A stretch of 64,000 nucleotides of DNA from Myxococcota bacterium (GTDB taxonomy: Bacteria > Myxococcota_A > SURF-8 > G963663525), in contig CAXXVK010000013.1 of NCBI GenBank assembly GCA_963676915.2, forward strand, positions 46,584-110,583, read 5' to 3'. Position numbers and translations under genes: made by a program. Below the pieces are notes generated by a model. It searched no databases. It was not told the DNA's origin and saw nothing but the letters and a program-made list of their open reading frames with translations. Numbering within the stretch: position 1 is the stretch's first letter; each line of letters opens with the position of its first letter. Shown piece after piece: positions 40,417 through 50,872 of the stretch.

Positions 40417-40784
40417 AAGCGCATTATTTCGTTCTGATTTTCGCCTTGATTGCCAATGCCGTGGCCAATATTTTAATCAAAGAAGGTATGAAGGCCAAGG
40501 CTGTCAGTCTTTCTCAACCGTTGGAAACCTTTCAGCAAATCGTGCTCAACCCTTTTGTGGTTTCCGGGGTGTTTTTCTTTGGATTGGCTTTGGCGGCGTA
40601 TTCATTCGTGTTGTCGAAAATTCCGTTGTCGATTGCTTATCCGGTCATGACTTCGGCGGGTTTCCTGATCGTACTGGGATATTCGACCATAAAATTGCAG
40701 GAATCTTTGACCCCTTGGCAAATTGCCGGAGTTTTGTGTATTCTTGCCGGAATCATCATGGTTGCCGGAAATATGAACGGCTGA
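40413..40784 (+). CDS. SMR/DMT small membrane transporter (ArnE/F-like)
   Basis: GTGA overlap; LSIAYP; 4 TM segments. Confidence 0.85.
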   Translation: MKAHYFVLIFALIANAVANILIKEGMKAKAVSLSQPLETFQQIVLNPFVVSGVFFFGLALAAYSFVLSKIPLSIAYPVMTSAGFLIVLGYSTIKLQESLTPWQIAGVLCILAGIIMVAGNMNG

Positions 40785-40838
40785 CCGTATAAACGTTAAG
40801 AAACGCCGCTTTGTGCGGCCTTGAAAATACGAGGGATC

Positions 40839-42395
40839 ATGTCGGACCAAGATCAATCTCGAACGAAAGAAACGGAATTGCCGGACGAATCGACTGCGCA
40901 GCCTGAGTCCGTCGAGGAAACAGTAGTCGAGGAAACCGCAATCGAGGAAGACAAGAAAAACGAAGAAATTTCAGATGCTTCGGAAGAGACTTCCATTGAA
41001 AATGAGGAGGGCGAATCCGCCGAATCCGTCGAGGAAACTCCTTCTTCGGAAAAAGAAGAAACACCGGCATTGGATGGCGAAACGCAAGATCCCGGAGAGG
41101 ATACGGAAGATCCCGGAGACGATACGGAAGAATCCGAAGAACCGAAAGTTCAGCAGCAGATTCTTGCTCGGATTCGTTTTCGTCCCGCAGGAGAACCCTG
41201 TCTGGTAAATACGGGCGGATATGCCCTGCAACCCACGCAGAAAGTCGTGGTGGAAATTGACCGCAGCTTGCGTCTTGGTTATGTGTTGGAAGTTGGCAGC
41301 GAACCCAAAGGAAATACGGACAATCTGCCTAGGGTCGTTCGAATTGCCAACAGCAAAGACGAACACCTGGAAGAGGAAAACAAAGAGCGTTCCCGCGATT
41401 CTTTTCAAAAGGCTTTGGTCGAAATCGAAAAACTTCATTTGCCGATGAAGCTGATTGAAGTCGAATACCTTCATACGGGTCACAAAGCGATTTTCTATTT
41501 TAGTGCGGATGGTCGTGTGGATTTCCGCCAGCTTGTGCGCAACCTTGCGCATCAATTGAGGATTCGTGTCGAAATGAGGCAGATCGGCATCCGCGACGAA
41601 GCAAAGATCGTCGGTGGGATCGGACCTTGCGGGCTTCAAACTTGTTGCAGTTCGTGGCTGACCGACTTTGTACCGGTTTCCATCAAAATGGCAAAAGAGC
41701 AAAATCTTTCGCTGAAACCTCAAAAAGTCTCGGGATTATGTGATCGCCTGATGTGTTGTCTTTCCTACGAATCGTCACATTATCGCGAATTGCAACGCGG
41801 ACTGCCTAAAATCGGGAAAAAAGCGGACACATGGAAGGGCAGGGGAAGGCTTCTGGAAGTCAACATTGCCAAACGAACCATGCGTTTCGATTTGGAAGGG
41901 GGCAAGGGACCGTTTATTTGCAGTGTGGAAGATTTCAAAGCATTTAAGGAAGATCCTGAGAATTTCACTCCACCTCAAGAACATGACAACGAAACCCAAC
42001 GTATCGACGAGCAGCTTCGCCATACACCCAGTCTTCGAGAAGAAGCGGCTAACGGGATCACAAAAGGAGATAACCCAAAAAAACCTTCTCCCCAAAAAGG
42101 TGGGAAAAAACGCCAGGGCACAAAAGACGATTCCTCATCCGATGGAAAGCCCCAATCCCGTTCCCGTTCCAGAGGACGGAGGCGCCGTAAAAAGAAACCG
42201 GCTGGGGGACAAGCATCCGCAAACGCCAAACCGAATCAAAGTGGTCAAAATTCAACATCTTCTGGTGGTTCCGAAGGGCAGGGAAAGTCCTCGAAGCCGA
42301 ATCAACCCGGCAGTGGGCACAAAAAACCGAAACCTCCTCGGTCTCGTCGAAGGCGTCGTAAGCCAGCCAAGCCGAAAACGGACAAACCAACGTAA
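40839..42395 (+). CDS. PSP1 / RicT(YaaT)-family protein with long charged termini
   Basis: GRVDFRQLV, RQIGIRDEA, GPCGLQTCC, KVSGLCDRLMCCLSYE. Confidence 0.92.
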   Translation: MSDQDQSRTKETELPDESTAQPESVEETVVEETAIEEDKKNEEISDASEETSIENEEGESAESVEETPSSEKEETPALDGETQDPGEDTEDPGDDTEESEEPKVQQQILARIRFRPAGEPCLVNTGGYALQPTQKVVVEIDRSLRLGYVLEVGSEPKGNTDNLPRVVRIANSKDEHLEEENKERSRDSFQKALVEIEKLHLPMKLIEVEYLHTGHKAIFYFSADGRVDFRQLVRNLAHQLRIRVEMRQIGIRDEAKIVGGIGPCGLQTCCSSWLTDFVPVSIKMAKEQNLSLKPQKVSGLCDRLMCCLSYESSHYRELQRGLPKIGKKADTWKGRGRLLEVNIAKRTMRFDLEGGKGPFICSVEDFKAFKEDPENFTPPQEHDNETQRIDEQLRHTPSLREEAANGITKGDNPKKPSPQKGGKKRQGTKDDSSSDGKPQSRSRSRGRRRRKKKPAGGQASANAKPNQSGQNSTSSGGSEGQGKSSKPNQPGSGHKKPKPPRSRRRRRKPAKPKTDKPT

Positions 42396-42604
42396 ATTTT
42401 TACAGGAAAGTGCCTTTTTCTTCATTCGTTTCGGACATTTGCTTGCCTGCTTCGGAATTCGTGAGTAAACTGGCGTTTCTCTGAATCACGGATTGCAAAG
42501 AGTTGTACGTTCTATCGAAACTTTCGAAAAAAGTGCCAATAGAAGACAACTTGAAGAATAAGGACTAATTTTTTCTATCCGATCACGAAATAGCAGGTCA
42601 CGCG

Positions 42605-42997
42605 ATGTCTCAAAAACCAGGTGAAATCAACGCTTTGTTGGGTAAAGGCAGTGAGTTTGAAGGTAAACTGCTTTTCGAGGGTACGGTCCGAATCGATGGA
42701 AAGTTCAAGGGAGAAATCAAATCCAGCGATACCCTGATTGTTGGGGAAGGCGCAAAAGTCGAGGCGGAAATCAGCGTCGGACGCCTTATTTCCTACGGCG
42801 ACATTTCCGGGAACATCGTGGCCAATGGAAGCATCAACCTCCATGCTCCTGCCGTGATGAGCGGTTCGTTAAACACGAAAAGTTTGACTATCGAAGAAGG
42901 CGTACGTTTCGACGGTTCCTGTCTCATGGGTGAAAAAGGTACGGCTCAACCTTCAACTTCCGCCAAAAAAGATGCTAACGGTTCGAAAAAGTCCTGA
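42605..42997 (+). CDS. Bactofilin (polymer-forming cytoskeletal protein)
   Basis: LLGKGSEFEGKL, VRIDGKFKGEI, IEEGVRFDGSC. Confidence 0.95.
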   Translation: MSQKPGEINALLGKGSEFEGKLLFEGTVRIDGKFKGEIKSSDTLIVGEGAKVEAEISVGRLISYGDISGNIVANGSINLHAPAVMSGSLNTKSLTIEEGVRFDGSCLMGEKGTAQPSTSAKKDANGSKKS

Positions 42998-43290
42998 TCA
43001 TTGATTGGTAATCTTGGCAATTAATGTATGGTCGGGTGAAAATCACCGTTACCACAAATATGTTCAATAGAAATTTTCTACGGTAAAGCGAAACCGCAAT
43101 ACCAACTGTTTGCATTCGTTTTTTACGAATCATTTCAACTGGTTTGTTCCTTTCTCTTTTTGTTTTTACTCTCCTGCAATATTCAATTCAAATGCAGAGA
43201 ATCCCCTTTCCGGGTCGTTCCATGCGTTGACATCCTCTCTGTGTCGGGATACACCCTTAGACACCATATTATTTCTGGAAAGGCGGAAAG

Positions 43291-44169
43291 ATGATCAAAA
43301 GTATGACGGGTTACGGAACAGGGAGCGCCACGATGGGCGATACCCAGGTGTCTGTCGAGATCAAAGCTGTCAACAGCAAGTTTCTCGACGCCAAACTGTA
43401 TTCTCCCCCGGAATTCCACGGCTTGGAGATGGAAATCAAAAAGTACCTGAGACAGTCGATCAGTCGAGGGCGCGTGGAAGTTTTTCTCAATTACGACGGG
43501 GATTCCATCGATTCCGGTAAAAAACTGATGGTGGACTGGGCATTGGCGGAGCAGTATTACAAAACATATCAAAGCTTCAAAGAACGCTTCGGTATCCATC
43601 AAGATCCTAATTTGTCCATGCTTACCGGTGCCAAGGAAGTCATCACGGTTTCCCGAAAAGGCGCCGATCCTGAGGCGACGTGGAAAAAGCTATCCAAGGG
43701 CTTCGATCAGGCCCTTCAATCGCTGGATGAAATGCGCCGTGAGGAAGGCAAAGCGCTGGCCATCGATTTGGCAGGACGCTGCAATCTTATTCGCGAAATG
43801 ACACAGAAAATCGCGAAATTGGTGCCGGAAACCATCGATGCGTACCGCGAAAAACTGGAGGAGCGCATCGGAGCCATCGCCCCGGCGGAATTGGATCAAA
43901 ACCGACTCAATCAGGAAGTCTGCTATTTTTCGGATCGCTGCGATGTCAGTGAAGAAATCACGCGTCTGAAGAGTCATATTCAGCAGTTTTTGAAATTTCT
44001 CGAAGCCAGCGATCCGGTCGGTCGGCGCTTGGATTTCCTGCTCCAGGAAATGAATCGGGAGACCAATACCATCGGTTCGAAAAGCAGCAACGCCGAAGTT
44101 TCCCATATTGTCGTAGATGTCAAAGGCGAGTTGGAGAAACTTCGGGAGCAGGTTCAGAACGTGGAGTGA
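43291..44169 (+). CDS. yicC: YicC/YloC family endoribonuclease
   Basis: SMTGYG, VNSKFLD, EEITRL, GRRLDFLLQEMNRETNTIGSK, REQVQNVE. Confidence 0.96.
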   Translation: MIKSMTGYGTGSATMGDTQVSVEIKAVNSKFLDAKLYSPPEFHGLEMEIKKYLRQSISRGRVEVFLNYDGDSIDSGKKLMVDWALAEQYYKTYQSFKERFGIHQDPNLSMLTGAKEVITVSRKGADPEATWKKLSKGFDQALQSLDEMRREEGKALAIDLAGRCNLIREMTQKIAKLVPETIDAYREKLEERIGAIAPAELDQNRLNQEVCYFSDRCDVSEEITRLKSHIQQFLKFLEASDPVGRRLDFLLQEMNRETNTIGSKSSNAEVSHIVVDVKGELEKLREQVQNVE

Positions 44170-44175
44170 TGGAGT

Positions 44176-44811
44176 ATGGAAACGAAAGGTCAATTGTTCG
44201 TGGTTTCCTCGCCTTCCGGCACGGGAAAAACCACGTTATGCAACGCTGCGTTGAATTCGCTGGAATGGCTTAAGATTTCGACAAGTTACACGACAAGAAA
44301 ACCGCGTGGAGACGAACGAAACGGCGTGGAGTATTATTTCGTCGAGGACGACGAATTCGACCGGATGATCCGGGACGATGAATTTGTCGAATGGGCCGAA
44401 GTTCACGGTAATCGTTATGGAACGTCCGAGAAGAAACTGCGAACTTTGCTGGAAAACAGCCGTGGCGTGCTATTCGATATCGACGTTCAAGGTGCGGCCA
44501 ATCTGAGAAAGCGTTTTCCTGAAGCCGTGCTCATTTTCATTCTTCCGCCGTCCATGACGGAATTATCGCGCCGTTTGCGCGAACGTAAAACCGATGATCC
44601 CGTTGAAATTCAGCGGAGATTGCGCGGTGCGCTCGACGAAATCGAGCGAGCGAAACACTACGATTACCGCGTGGTCAACGACGATCTCGATGATGCCATT
44701 CGCCAGATGCTTGCGATTCTTACCGGTCAGCAGGAAAAAGCCGAGAATCTACAGGAAGATATCGACCGGCTTTCCAAAGAATACCATCGATTGTTTTCGG
44801 AATCACCATGA
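44176..44811 (+). CDS. gmk: Guanylate kinase
   Basis: SPSGTGKTT, SYTTRKPR, EWAEVHGNRYGT, DIDVQGA. Confidence 0.97.
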   Translation: METKGQLFVVSSPSGTGKTTLCNAALNSLEWLKISTSYTTRKPRGDERNGVEYYFVEDDEFDRMIRDDEFVEWAEVHGNRYGTSEKKLRTLLENSRGVLFDIDVQGAANLRKRFPEAVLIFILPPSMTELSRRLRERKTDDPVEIQRRLRGALDEIERAKHYDYRVVNDDLDDAIRQMLAILTGQQEKAENLQEDIDRLSKEYHRLFSESP

Positions 44812-46979
44812 ACGACACCAATGTCCAGACAGAACGGAAAGCGCTCATCCGCGAAATTCGCTCCAGCGGTCGAGCGATCGACGAAAAGCTGATCCATAAA
44901 GCTTCTGAATTTGCCGTAGGTTTGAAGCGAAACCGCTACGATCTTGCCTGTTCTTTCGCAGTGGCGCGAACTCTTGTCAAACTGAAAGTGGATAGCCAGG
45001 GATTGGCCGCCGGACTACTTCACGACGTTCTGTTACACGAATTGACGGATGAAGAAACCCTTCGGGAAAAATTTTCCGAAACGATAGTGAACCAGGTCAA
45101 GGAAGTCACGCAGGTTCTGAAAATCAACCTGCTCGAAACCCGGCATTCCAAAAAGGAAAGTTTCAGAAAAATGCTTCTGGGACTGGCCAAGGATCTTCGG
45201 GTCGTCCTTATTCGGCTGGCACATGCCTTGTACTGGATGGAGCATCTTGACCGATTGCCGGAAGAGTTGAAACTTCGGGTGTCGAGGGAAACACGTGATG
45301 TGTTGGCCCCGATTGCAGGACGTCTCGGAATCCAATGGATACGTATTCAACTCGAAGACGCCGCTTTCGAGGTGCTTGAGCCTAAGACGTATCATGAACT
45401 GAAAGACGCGATCGAAAGCGATCGTTCGAAACGAAAAACCTTTGTGGATCACATACTTGGGGATCTTCAAGCTATGGTGCATCCTGTGATTCCCAATGCG
45501 AAAATCTACGGGCGCGAAAAGCATCTGATGTCCACGCATCTGAAGATGATTCGCAAGAAAATCCCGCTGGATGAGGTTTTCGACCGGCTGGGGTTCCGTA
45601 TTCTGGTCGATGAAGTGGGTGAATGTTACCAGGTGATGGGGATGATCCACTCCAAATGGAAACCGCTTCCCAGGCAAATCAAAGACTACATCGCCGTACC
45701 TAAACCCAACGGTTACCAGTCATTGCATACCATCGTTCAAGGACCGAACGACCAGATCCTGGAAGTACAGATCCGAACCCGGCAAATGCATGAAATCGCC
45801 GAAAACGGTATTGCTGCGCACTGGAATTACAAAGAAGCGGGCGTTACTTCGGCGGCGGAAAAAGAGCGTGAAAACGTAAACTGGCTACGAACGATTCTCC
45901 AAGCCAGTGGTGAGGAAAATCCTGACGACGGTTTGCCGCTTTCGATGGATCTTTTCGCAGACAAAGTGTTCGTTTTCACGACGAGAGGCGATGTTCGGGA
46001 ATTGCCGAAGGGTGCTACTCCCATCGACTTCGCGTTTGCGATTCACACCGAATTGGGCGAGCGCTGTGTTGGAGCGAAAGTCAACGGGCACATCGTTCCA
46101 TTCGAGCATGAGTTGGAGAACGGGGATGTTGTCGAGATCCTGAGTCGAGCCAATCAACGACCGAAAAAAGAGTGGCTGGAATTCGTAAAAACCCAAAAAG
46201 CCAAAGCGAAAATTCGGTCGTTTTTACGAAAAGCCGAACGCGAACGATTGGCCGAACTTGGCAGAACGGAACTCGATCAGACCTTCAGGCGTTGGAAACT
46301 CAATTTCTCGCGTTTCCTCAAACGTGGCGAATTGAAAAAGGCGCTGGAAAAATACAAAGTCAATACCCCCGAAGAACTGATTGCCCTTGTTGGTGCGAAT
46401 AAGGTTCAGGCCGAGGATGTCGCTTTGGTGTTTTTGCCGAAGGAGTCACTCGAAAAAATCGAGCGACAACGCCGGGAAGAGGAAGATCGGCGTCTGAAAA
46501 AGGCAAAAGTCAAAGCCGAACGAAGGAAAAAAAGCAGCAAGAGCGGCGTTCGGGTTTCCGGCATGAAAAACATGCTGGTCAGCTTCGCCAAATGTTGTCA
46601 TCCCGTTATGGGAGATAATATAAAAGGCTATATAACCAGAGGTAGAGGAATTACCATTCACCGCAGCGATTGCAAACGACTGCCAGATCTGGAAGATTCA
46701 CGTATCGTGCAAGCTGATTGGGAAACCGAAATCGGGGTGGAACTTCCGGTACGGTTGCGGGTTATTGCAGAAAACAGCCCTGGAGTGCTCTCGCAACTTT
46801 CACAAACCATGACTCGTTGGGGGATCAACATCGCTTCCGTTCGGGGAGACGTGAACCATTCCGAATGGATCGGAAAACTCGATTTTGTGATCATGGTGTC
46901 GGAGTTGTCACAGGTCGGGCAGTTGATCGCCGATCTGAAAAAAGAGAAAAATGTCCACAATGTGTTTCGTATCGGTTAG
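44808..46979 (+). CDS. Long RelA/SpoT homolog (HD, synthetase, TGS, ZFD, ACT)
   Basis: KDYIAVPKPNGYQSLHT, EVQIRT, AAHWNYK, DFAFAIHT, AKCCHP; HD domain degenerate. Confidence 0.95.
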   Translation: MNDTNVQTERKALIREIRSSGRAIDEKLIHKASEFAVGLKRNRYDLACSFAVARTLVKLKVDSQGLAAGLLHDVLLHELTDEETLREKFSETIVNQVKEVTQVLKINLLETRHSKKESFRKMLLGLAKDLRVVLIRLAHALYWMEHLDRLPEELKLRVSRETRDVLAPIAGRLGIQWIRIQLEDAAFEVLEPKTYHELKDAIESDRSKRKTFVDHILGDLQAMVHPVIPNAKIYGREKHLMSTHLKMIRKKIPLDEVFDRLGFRILVDEVGECYQVMGMIHSKWKPLPRQIKDYIAVPKPNGYQSLHTIVQGPNDQILEVQIRTRQMHEIAENGIAAHWNYKEAGVTSAAEKERENVNWLRTILQASGEENPDDGLPLSMDLFADKVFVFTTRGDVRELPKGATPIDFAFAIHTELGERCVGAKVNGHIVPFEHELENGDVVEILSRANQRPKKEWLEFVKTQKAKAKIRSFLRKAERERLAELGRTELDQTFRRWKLNFSRFLKRGELKKALEKYKVNTPEELIALVGANKVQAEDVALVFLPKESLEKIERQRREEEDRRLKKAKVKAERRKKSSKSGVRVSGMKNMLVSFAKCCHPVMGDNIKGYITRGRGITIHRSDCKRLPDLEDSRIVQADWETEIGVELPVRLRVIAENSPGVLSQLSQTMTRWGINIASVRGDVNHSEWIGKLDFVIMVSELSQVGQLIADLKKEKNVHNVFRIG

Positions 46980-47103
46980 AAATCGAGGGAACAGCGATAC
47001 AATGGCGCAATTTACAGCAAGTCGCTTTTTTTTTGTGGTAAAAGTTTCCAGGCTTTTAAAAATGCGGTATGCTGAATAAATAATCATCGTATTTGGAGAA
47101 CGA

Positions 47104-48222
47104 ATGGCTTCCGAGATCGACATTCTTCGCCGTGATAACGAAAAACTGCGGCTGGAAAACGATTTGCTGATCGAACGCATTCGACAGTTGGAATCGGACG
47201 ATTCCGGCTCTCGACAGACCATTCAGGGCTTGAGCATCATGGTCATTCAAGTGGATGAAGAGTTGAACATCCGCTATATCAACAGTACGATGGAAAAATT
47301 CGTAGGCTGCAATCGAGCGAAGCTCAACGGTTGTTCTGTCCACGAAATAGATGACACTTCGATGGGGCGTGGATTCATTCAACTGATGCTCGAAAAAGCC
47401 CGTGAAACCGGCGAAGAGTTGATTTCCGAGCAGGAAATTCACGCTGATGGTAAGCTACGCTACGTCAAAGTCACAACGACATTCGACAACAACGTAGGAC
47501 AGATGTTGATCGAGGATCAATCCGACTTCAAACGGATGGAAGCCTCTTTCAAGCGCTATGTTGCGCCAAAAGTTATCGACCAGTTGGCGAAATCCGGTTT
47601 CGACGTGTTCAAGCCGGAAAAATACGAAATGACGGTGCTTTTCGCGGATTTGCGCAATTTTACTTCGATGAGCACCCGCCAACCGCCGGAACTCGTCAAG
47701 AAAATCATCGACCGTTTTTTGGGTGTAATGATGAAAACGATCATCAACGCCGATGCTACCGTGGATAAAGTGGTGGGTGATGAGGTCATGGCGCTGTTCG
47801 GTGCGCCGATCCGTTATCCCGATCATGCGCTTCGGGCTGTCAAAGCCGCTCTCGAAATGCAGGAGGCGCACCGCCTCGTGATGCATGAATGGCAGGAAGC
47901 GGGTTTGGAACCGCTGAAAATGGGGATCGGTATCAACAGCGGAGAAATGATCGTCGGGAATATCGGTTCCGAATTACGGATGGATTACACGGTTTTGGGT
48001 CATCATGTGAACCTCGGAGCACGCCTGTGCAGTGCCGCAAAAGGCGGGCAGATTCTCATTTCGATGCGAACGTTCGAGCTGGCAAGAGAATTTTTGCAGG
48101 AAAATCCGTACGCACTGGATCGGCAGGTGAAGTTCAAAAGCGCACAGAAAATCCTTGCGAAAGGGATCGACGAACCTATCAAAACCGTGAGCGTTATCGA
48201 TACCGCTTTTCAAGGTTCATGA
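47104..48222 (+). CDS. PAS-containing class III adenylate cyclase
   Basis: LFADLR, DKVVGDE, DYTVLG..VNLGARL (K and D indicate ATP); N-terminal coiled coil and PAS-like region. Confidence 0.92.
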   Translation: MASEIDILRRDNEKLRLENDLLIERIRQLESDDSGSRQTIQGLSIMVIQVDEELNIRYINSTMEKFVGCNRAKLNGCSVHEIDDTSMGRGFIQLMLEKARETGEELISEQEIHADGKLRYVKVTTTFDNNVGQMLIEDQSDFKRMEASFKRYVAPKVIDQLAKSGFDVFKPEKYEMTVLFADLRNFTSMSTRQPPELVKKIIDRFLGVMMKTIINADATVDKVVGDEVMALFGAPIRYPDHALRAVKAALEMQEAHRLVMHEWQEAGLEPLKMGIGINSGEMIVGNIGSELRMDYTVLGHHVNLGARLCSAAKGGQILISMRTFELAREFLQENPYALDRQVKFKSAQKILAKGIDEPIKTVSVIDTAFQGS

Positions 48223-48302
48223 TCCACGATTTCGAAAAGAAATCGGCATTTTTCAAAACAGTCATTCTTTTCAAACACCACAAATGAAGAAAGGATCGTT
48301 CG

Positions 48303-48860
48303 ATGAAACGTTCTTTGGGCGCGAAAACATTGGTTTATCCCACTCCTGTGTTTGTTGTCGGATCGTATGACGAACAAGACCGCCCCAACGTCATGACGGC
48401 GGCTTGGGCGGGGATTTCCTGCTCGTTACCTCCGGCGGTGACCGTTTCGATTCGTGAGGCGACGTATACCTACGGAAACATCATGAAGCGAAAAGCCTTC
48501 ACCATCAGCATTCCCGACGAAAAACATTGGGAAGAAGCAGATTATTTCGGTCATGCTTCGGGACGCAACGAAGATAAATTCGAGAAATCGGGTCTGACGG
48601 CGGTACGCTCCGATGTGGTGGATGCTCCGTATGTCGAGGAATTTCCTTTTATCGTGGAATGCAAGCTGCTTCAGACCGTGAAAATCGGCTTGCATACGCA
48701 ATTCATCGGTGAAATCATAGACTTGAAAGCGGATGAAGACCTGCTGCAAGATTCGAAAATTCCTCTTATCGAGCAACTTCGACCTCTCGTTTTCGTTCCC
48801 GTTGCACGGGATTACTATGGAATTGGTGGGAAAGTAGGTTCTGCCACGCCGAAAAAGTGA
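48303..48860 (+). CDS. Flavin reductase (flavoredoxin-like) protein
   Basis: [24 protein letters not shown]. Confidence 0.92.
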   Translation: MKRSLGAKTLVYPTPVFVVGSYDEQDRPNVMTAAWAGISCSLPPAVTVSIREATYTYGNIMKRKAFTISIPDEKHWEEADYFGHASGRNEDKFEKSGLTAVRSDVVDAPYVEEFPFIVECKLLQTVKIGLHTQFIGEIIDLKADEDLLQDSKIPLIEQLRPLVFVPVARDYYGIGGKVGSATPKK

Positions 48861-48910
48861 CGTCGATCCGACTCCGAAAAAAAACGGCATTTGCCAATAA
48901 AAATTAATAC

Positions 48911-48939
48911 TTGCAAGAGAACCGCGACTTAAGTATAAA
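48911..48939 (+). promoter_or_regulatory. Sigma70-type promoter of tRNA-Leu/tig
   Basis: TTGCAA - 17 bp - TATAAA, then GC-rich discriminator CAGCCCGG. Confidence 0.7.
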
Positions 48940-48948
48940 CAGCCCGGT

Positions 48949-49031
48949 GCGAGAATGGCGGAATTGGTAGACGCACCAGATTTAGGATCTGGCGGGAAAC
49001 CGTGGGGGTTCGAGTCCCCCTTCTCGCACCA
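48949..49031 (+). tRNA. tRNA-Leu (TAG)
   Basis: Acceptor GCGAGAA/TTCTCGC, anticodon arm CCAGA-TTTAGGA-TCTGG, variable arm, GTTCGAGTC, encoded CCA. Confidence 0.97.
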
Positions 49032-49062
49032 GGATTTTTCTTTTTTTCATGTGGAGGGTATC

Positions 49063-50508
49063 TTGTCTGCAAACGACATCAAAATTACCGAAATTTCCCC
49101 CGTCGAACGTGAAGTTAAAATCGTTATTCCGGCGGAAACGTTCACCCAAAAAAGCGACGAGTTTTTTAAGGAAAACAAGGGTGCCATTCACATGGCCGGA
49201 TTCCGAAAAGGCAAAGTGCCGAAGAGTCTCGTCATCAAGCGTTTTCGTAAGGAAATTCAGGCCAAAATGGTCGAAGACGCCTTCGCCGAGTCCCTGGAAT
49301 CCAACAACCTCAATCCGGTGGTTTCCCCTGTGATGAAAGAACCGGTTTTTGGTGACGACGGTAGCATTACCATCCGGTTCACTGTCGAAACGATGCCTGA
49401 ATTAGGCGCGATTCATGTGGACGGGTTGGAAGTCGATAAAGAGCGGGTCGAAATCGACGAGAGCGCCATTGAAGGCAAACTCGAAATGTTACGCGAGCAG
49501 CAAGCCGATTTCCAGATTATCGATGACCGCGACGTGACCGAAGAAACCGATTGGGTCGATGTCAGTTTCCGAGCCTGGAAAGAGGATGAAAATCCCGAGG
49601 AAATCAAGTTCCAGGACAATGAATTCGATCTGAGCGGTGATGGATTGCTTCCCGGTTTGGCCGAGAACATCCGAAGCAAGAAAAAAGGCGAGATGTTCAA
49701 ATTCGACATCGAAATGCCCGAAGACCACAGCAACAAGGCGTTGCAGGGAAAGACCGTGCATTTCGAGATGATGGTCAAGGAAATCAAAAAGCGCGTCGTT
49801 CCCGAACTGGATGACGAATTCGCCAAAGACCAGGGCGATTACGAAACTCTGGAACAATTCAAAGAGCACCTTCGCGACGAAATGCGCGAAAAAGAAGGCG
49901 AGCGGATGGACGAGCGTTTCAATCGCCGTCTGTTCGAAAACGTGCTGAAAACCAACGATGTTCCTGCTCCTCCCGGCTTGATCGAGCGCCAGATTGATAT
50001 GTTGATCGAAGATCAATTCCGTATGATGTTCAATGCCGGTCTGGGGGGAGATCATATTCCCACGGACAATCCCGAGCTTCGTAAAGCCGTGCGTGCCGAA
50101 GCCGAGCACATGGTCAAGACGGCCATTCTCGTCGAACACATAGGAAATCAGGATAGTATCGAGGTTGCCGAAGAAGAAATCGATGAATACCTCAAAAGCC
50201 GTCTAGACGAAGAGAACCAGGCGAATTTCGCCCGCATCAAATCGCAATGGCAGGAGCAGGGTCAGTGGGACAACGTGGCTTTCTTCCTGAAAGAACGCAA
50301 AATTGCCGGAAAACTGGCTGAAAATGTGGTCGTTAAAGAAGTCGATCCCATTCCGGATCAGCCGCCGACACCGCCGGAACATCCCGAAGACGAGGACGCC
50401 GCGATCGAATCCGCCGATGAGTCGGTTCCCGCCGGTTTCAAAGAGTCGGAAAGCGGATTGGTTGTGCCGGAAGGCGAAACCACCGATGAAGAAGCCAAAG
50501 ACGAATAA
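49063..50508 (+). CDS. tig: Trigger factor
   Basis: GFRKGKVP, FKBP-like middle, PELDDEFAK; GGAGG RBS before TTG 49063. Confidence 0.95.
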   Translation: MSANDIKITEISPVEREVKIVIPAETFTQKSDEFFKENKGAIHMAGFRKGKVPKSLVIKRFRKEIQAKMVEDAFAESLESNNLNPVVSPVMKEPVFGDDGSITIRFTVETMPELGAIHVDGLEVDKERVEIDESAIEGKLEMLREQQADFQIIDDRDVTEETDWVDVSFRAWKEDENPEEIKFQDNEFDLSGDGLLPGLAENIRSKKKGEMFKFDIEMPEDHSNKALQGKTVHFEMMVKEIKKRVVPELDDEFAKDQGDYETLEQFKEHLRDEMREKEGERMDERFNRRLFENVLKTNDVPAPPGLIERQIDMLIEDQFRMMFNAGLGGDHIPTDNPELRKAVRAEAEHMVKTAILVEHIGNQDSIEVAEEEIDEYLKSRLDEENQANFARIKSQWQEQGQWDNVAFFLKERKIAGKLAENVVVKEVDPIPDQPPTPPEHPEDEDAAIESADESVPAGFKESESGLVVPEGETTDEEAKDE

Positions 50509-50530
50509 GCTTCGATTAAATTTCAAAACA

Positions 50531-50566
50531 AAAGGGATTCTCTGTTTTAGGGAATCCCTTTTTTTT
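50531..50566 (+). terminator. Rho-independent terminator
   Basis: AAAGGGATTC/GAATCCCTTT + T-run. Confidence 0.85.
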
Positions 50567-50872
50567 GTCTCCTGACCAGGAGTCGGTTTTGTGAAAGATC
50601 ATTGACTCTAGATTTCATATAAATTTGTAAAATATGTGAACACATGCTGTTGTATTGATATTTATTTTTGAATATACAAGAAGGCAATCTCTGTCAATTT
50701 TTTGTCGAGGCATTCTTGAAAAAAGAAACATTCGGAAAATTCGGGTTTAAAAAGATAGAAAAAGTCATATTTGTTTCTTTACAAAGGACATTTTTTCCAT
50801 TACAAACGTCTTATTGACGGGGATGTTCAAGGTGGGTTGGTTTTTCTCTCTTGATCACGGAGTCACAAAAGA

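Noticed and set aside
48955-49062. N-terminal extension of trigger factor in the ORF track
   Set aside because: It overlaps tRNA-Leu; the RBS supports TTG at 49063.
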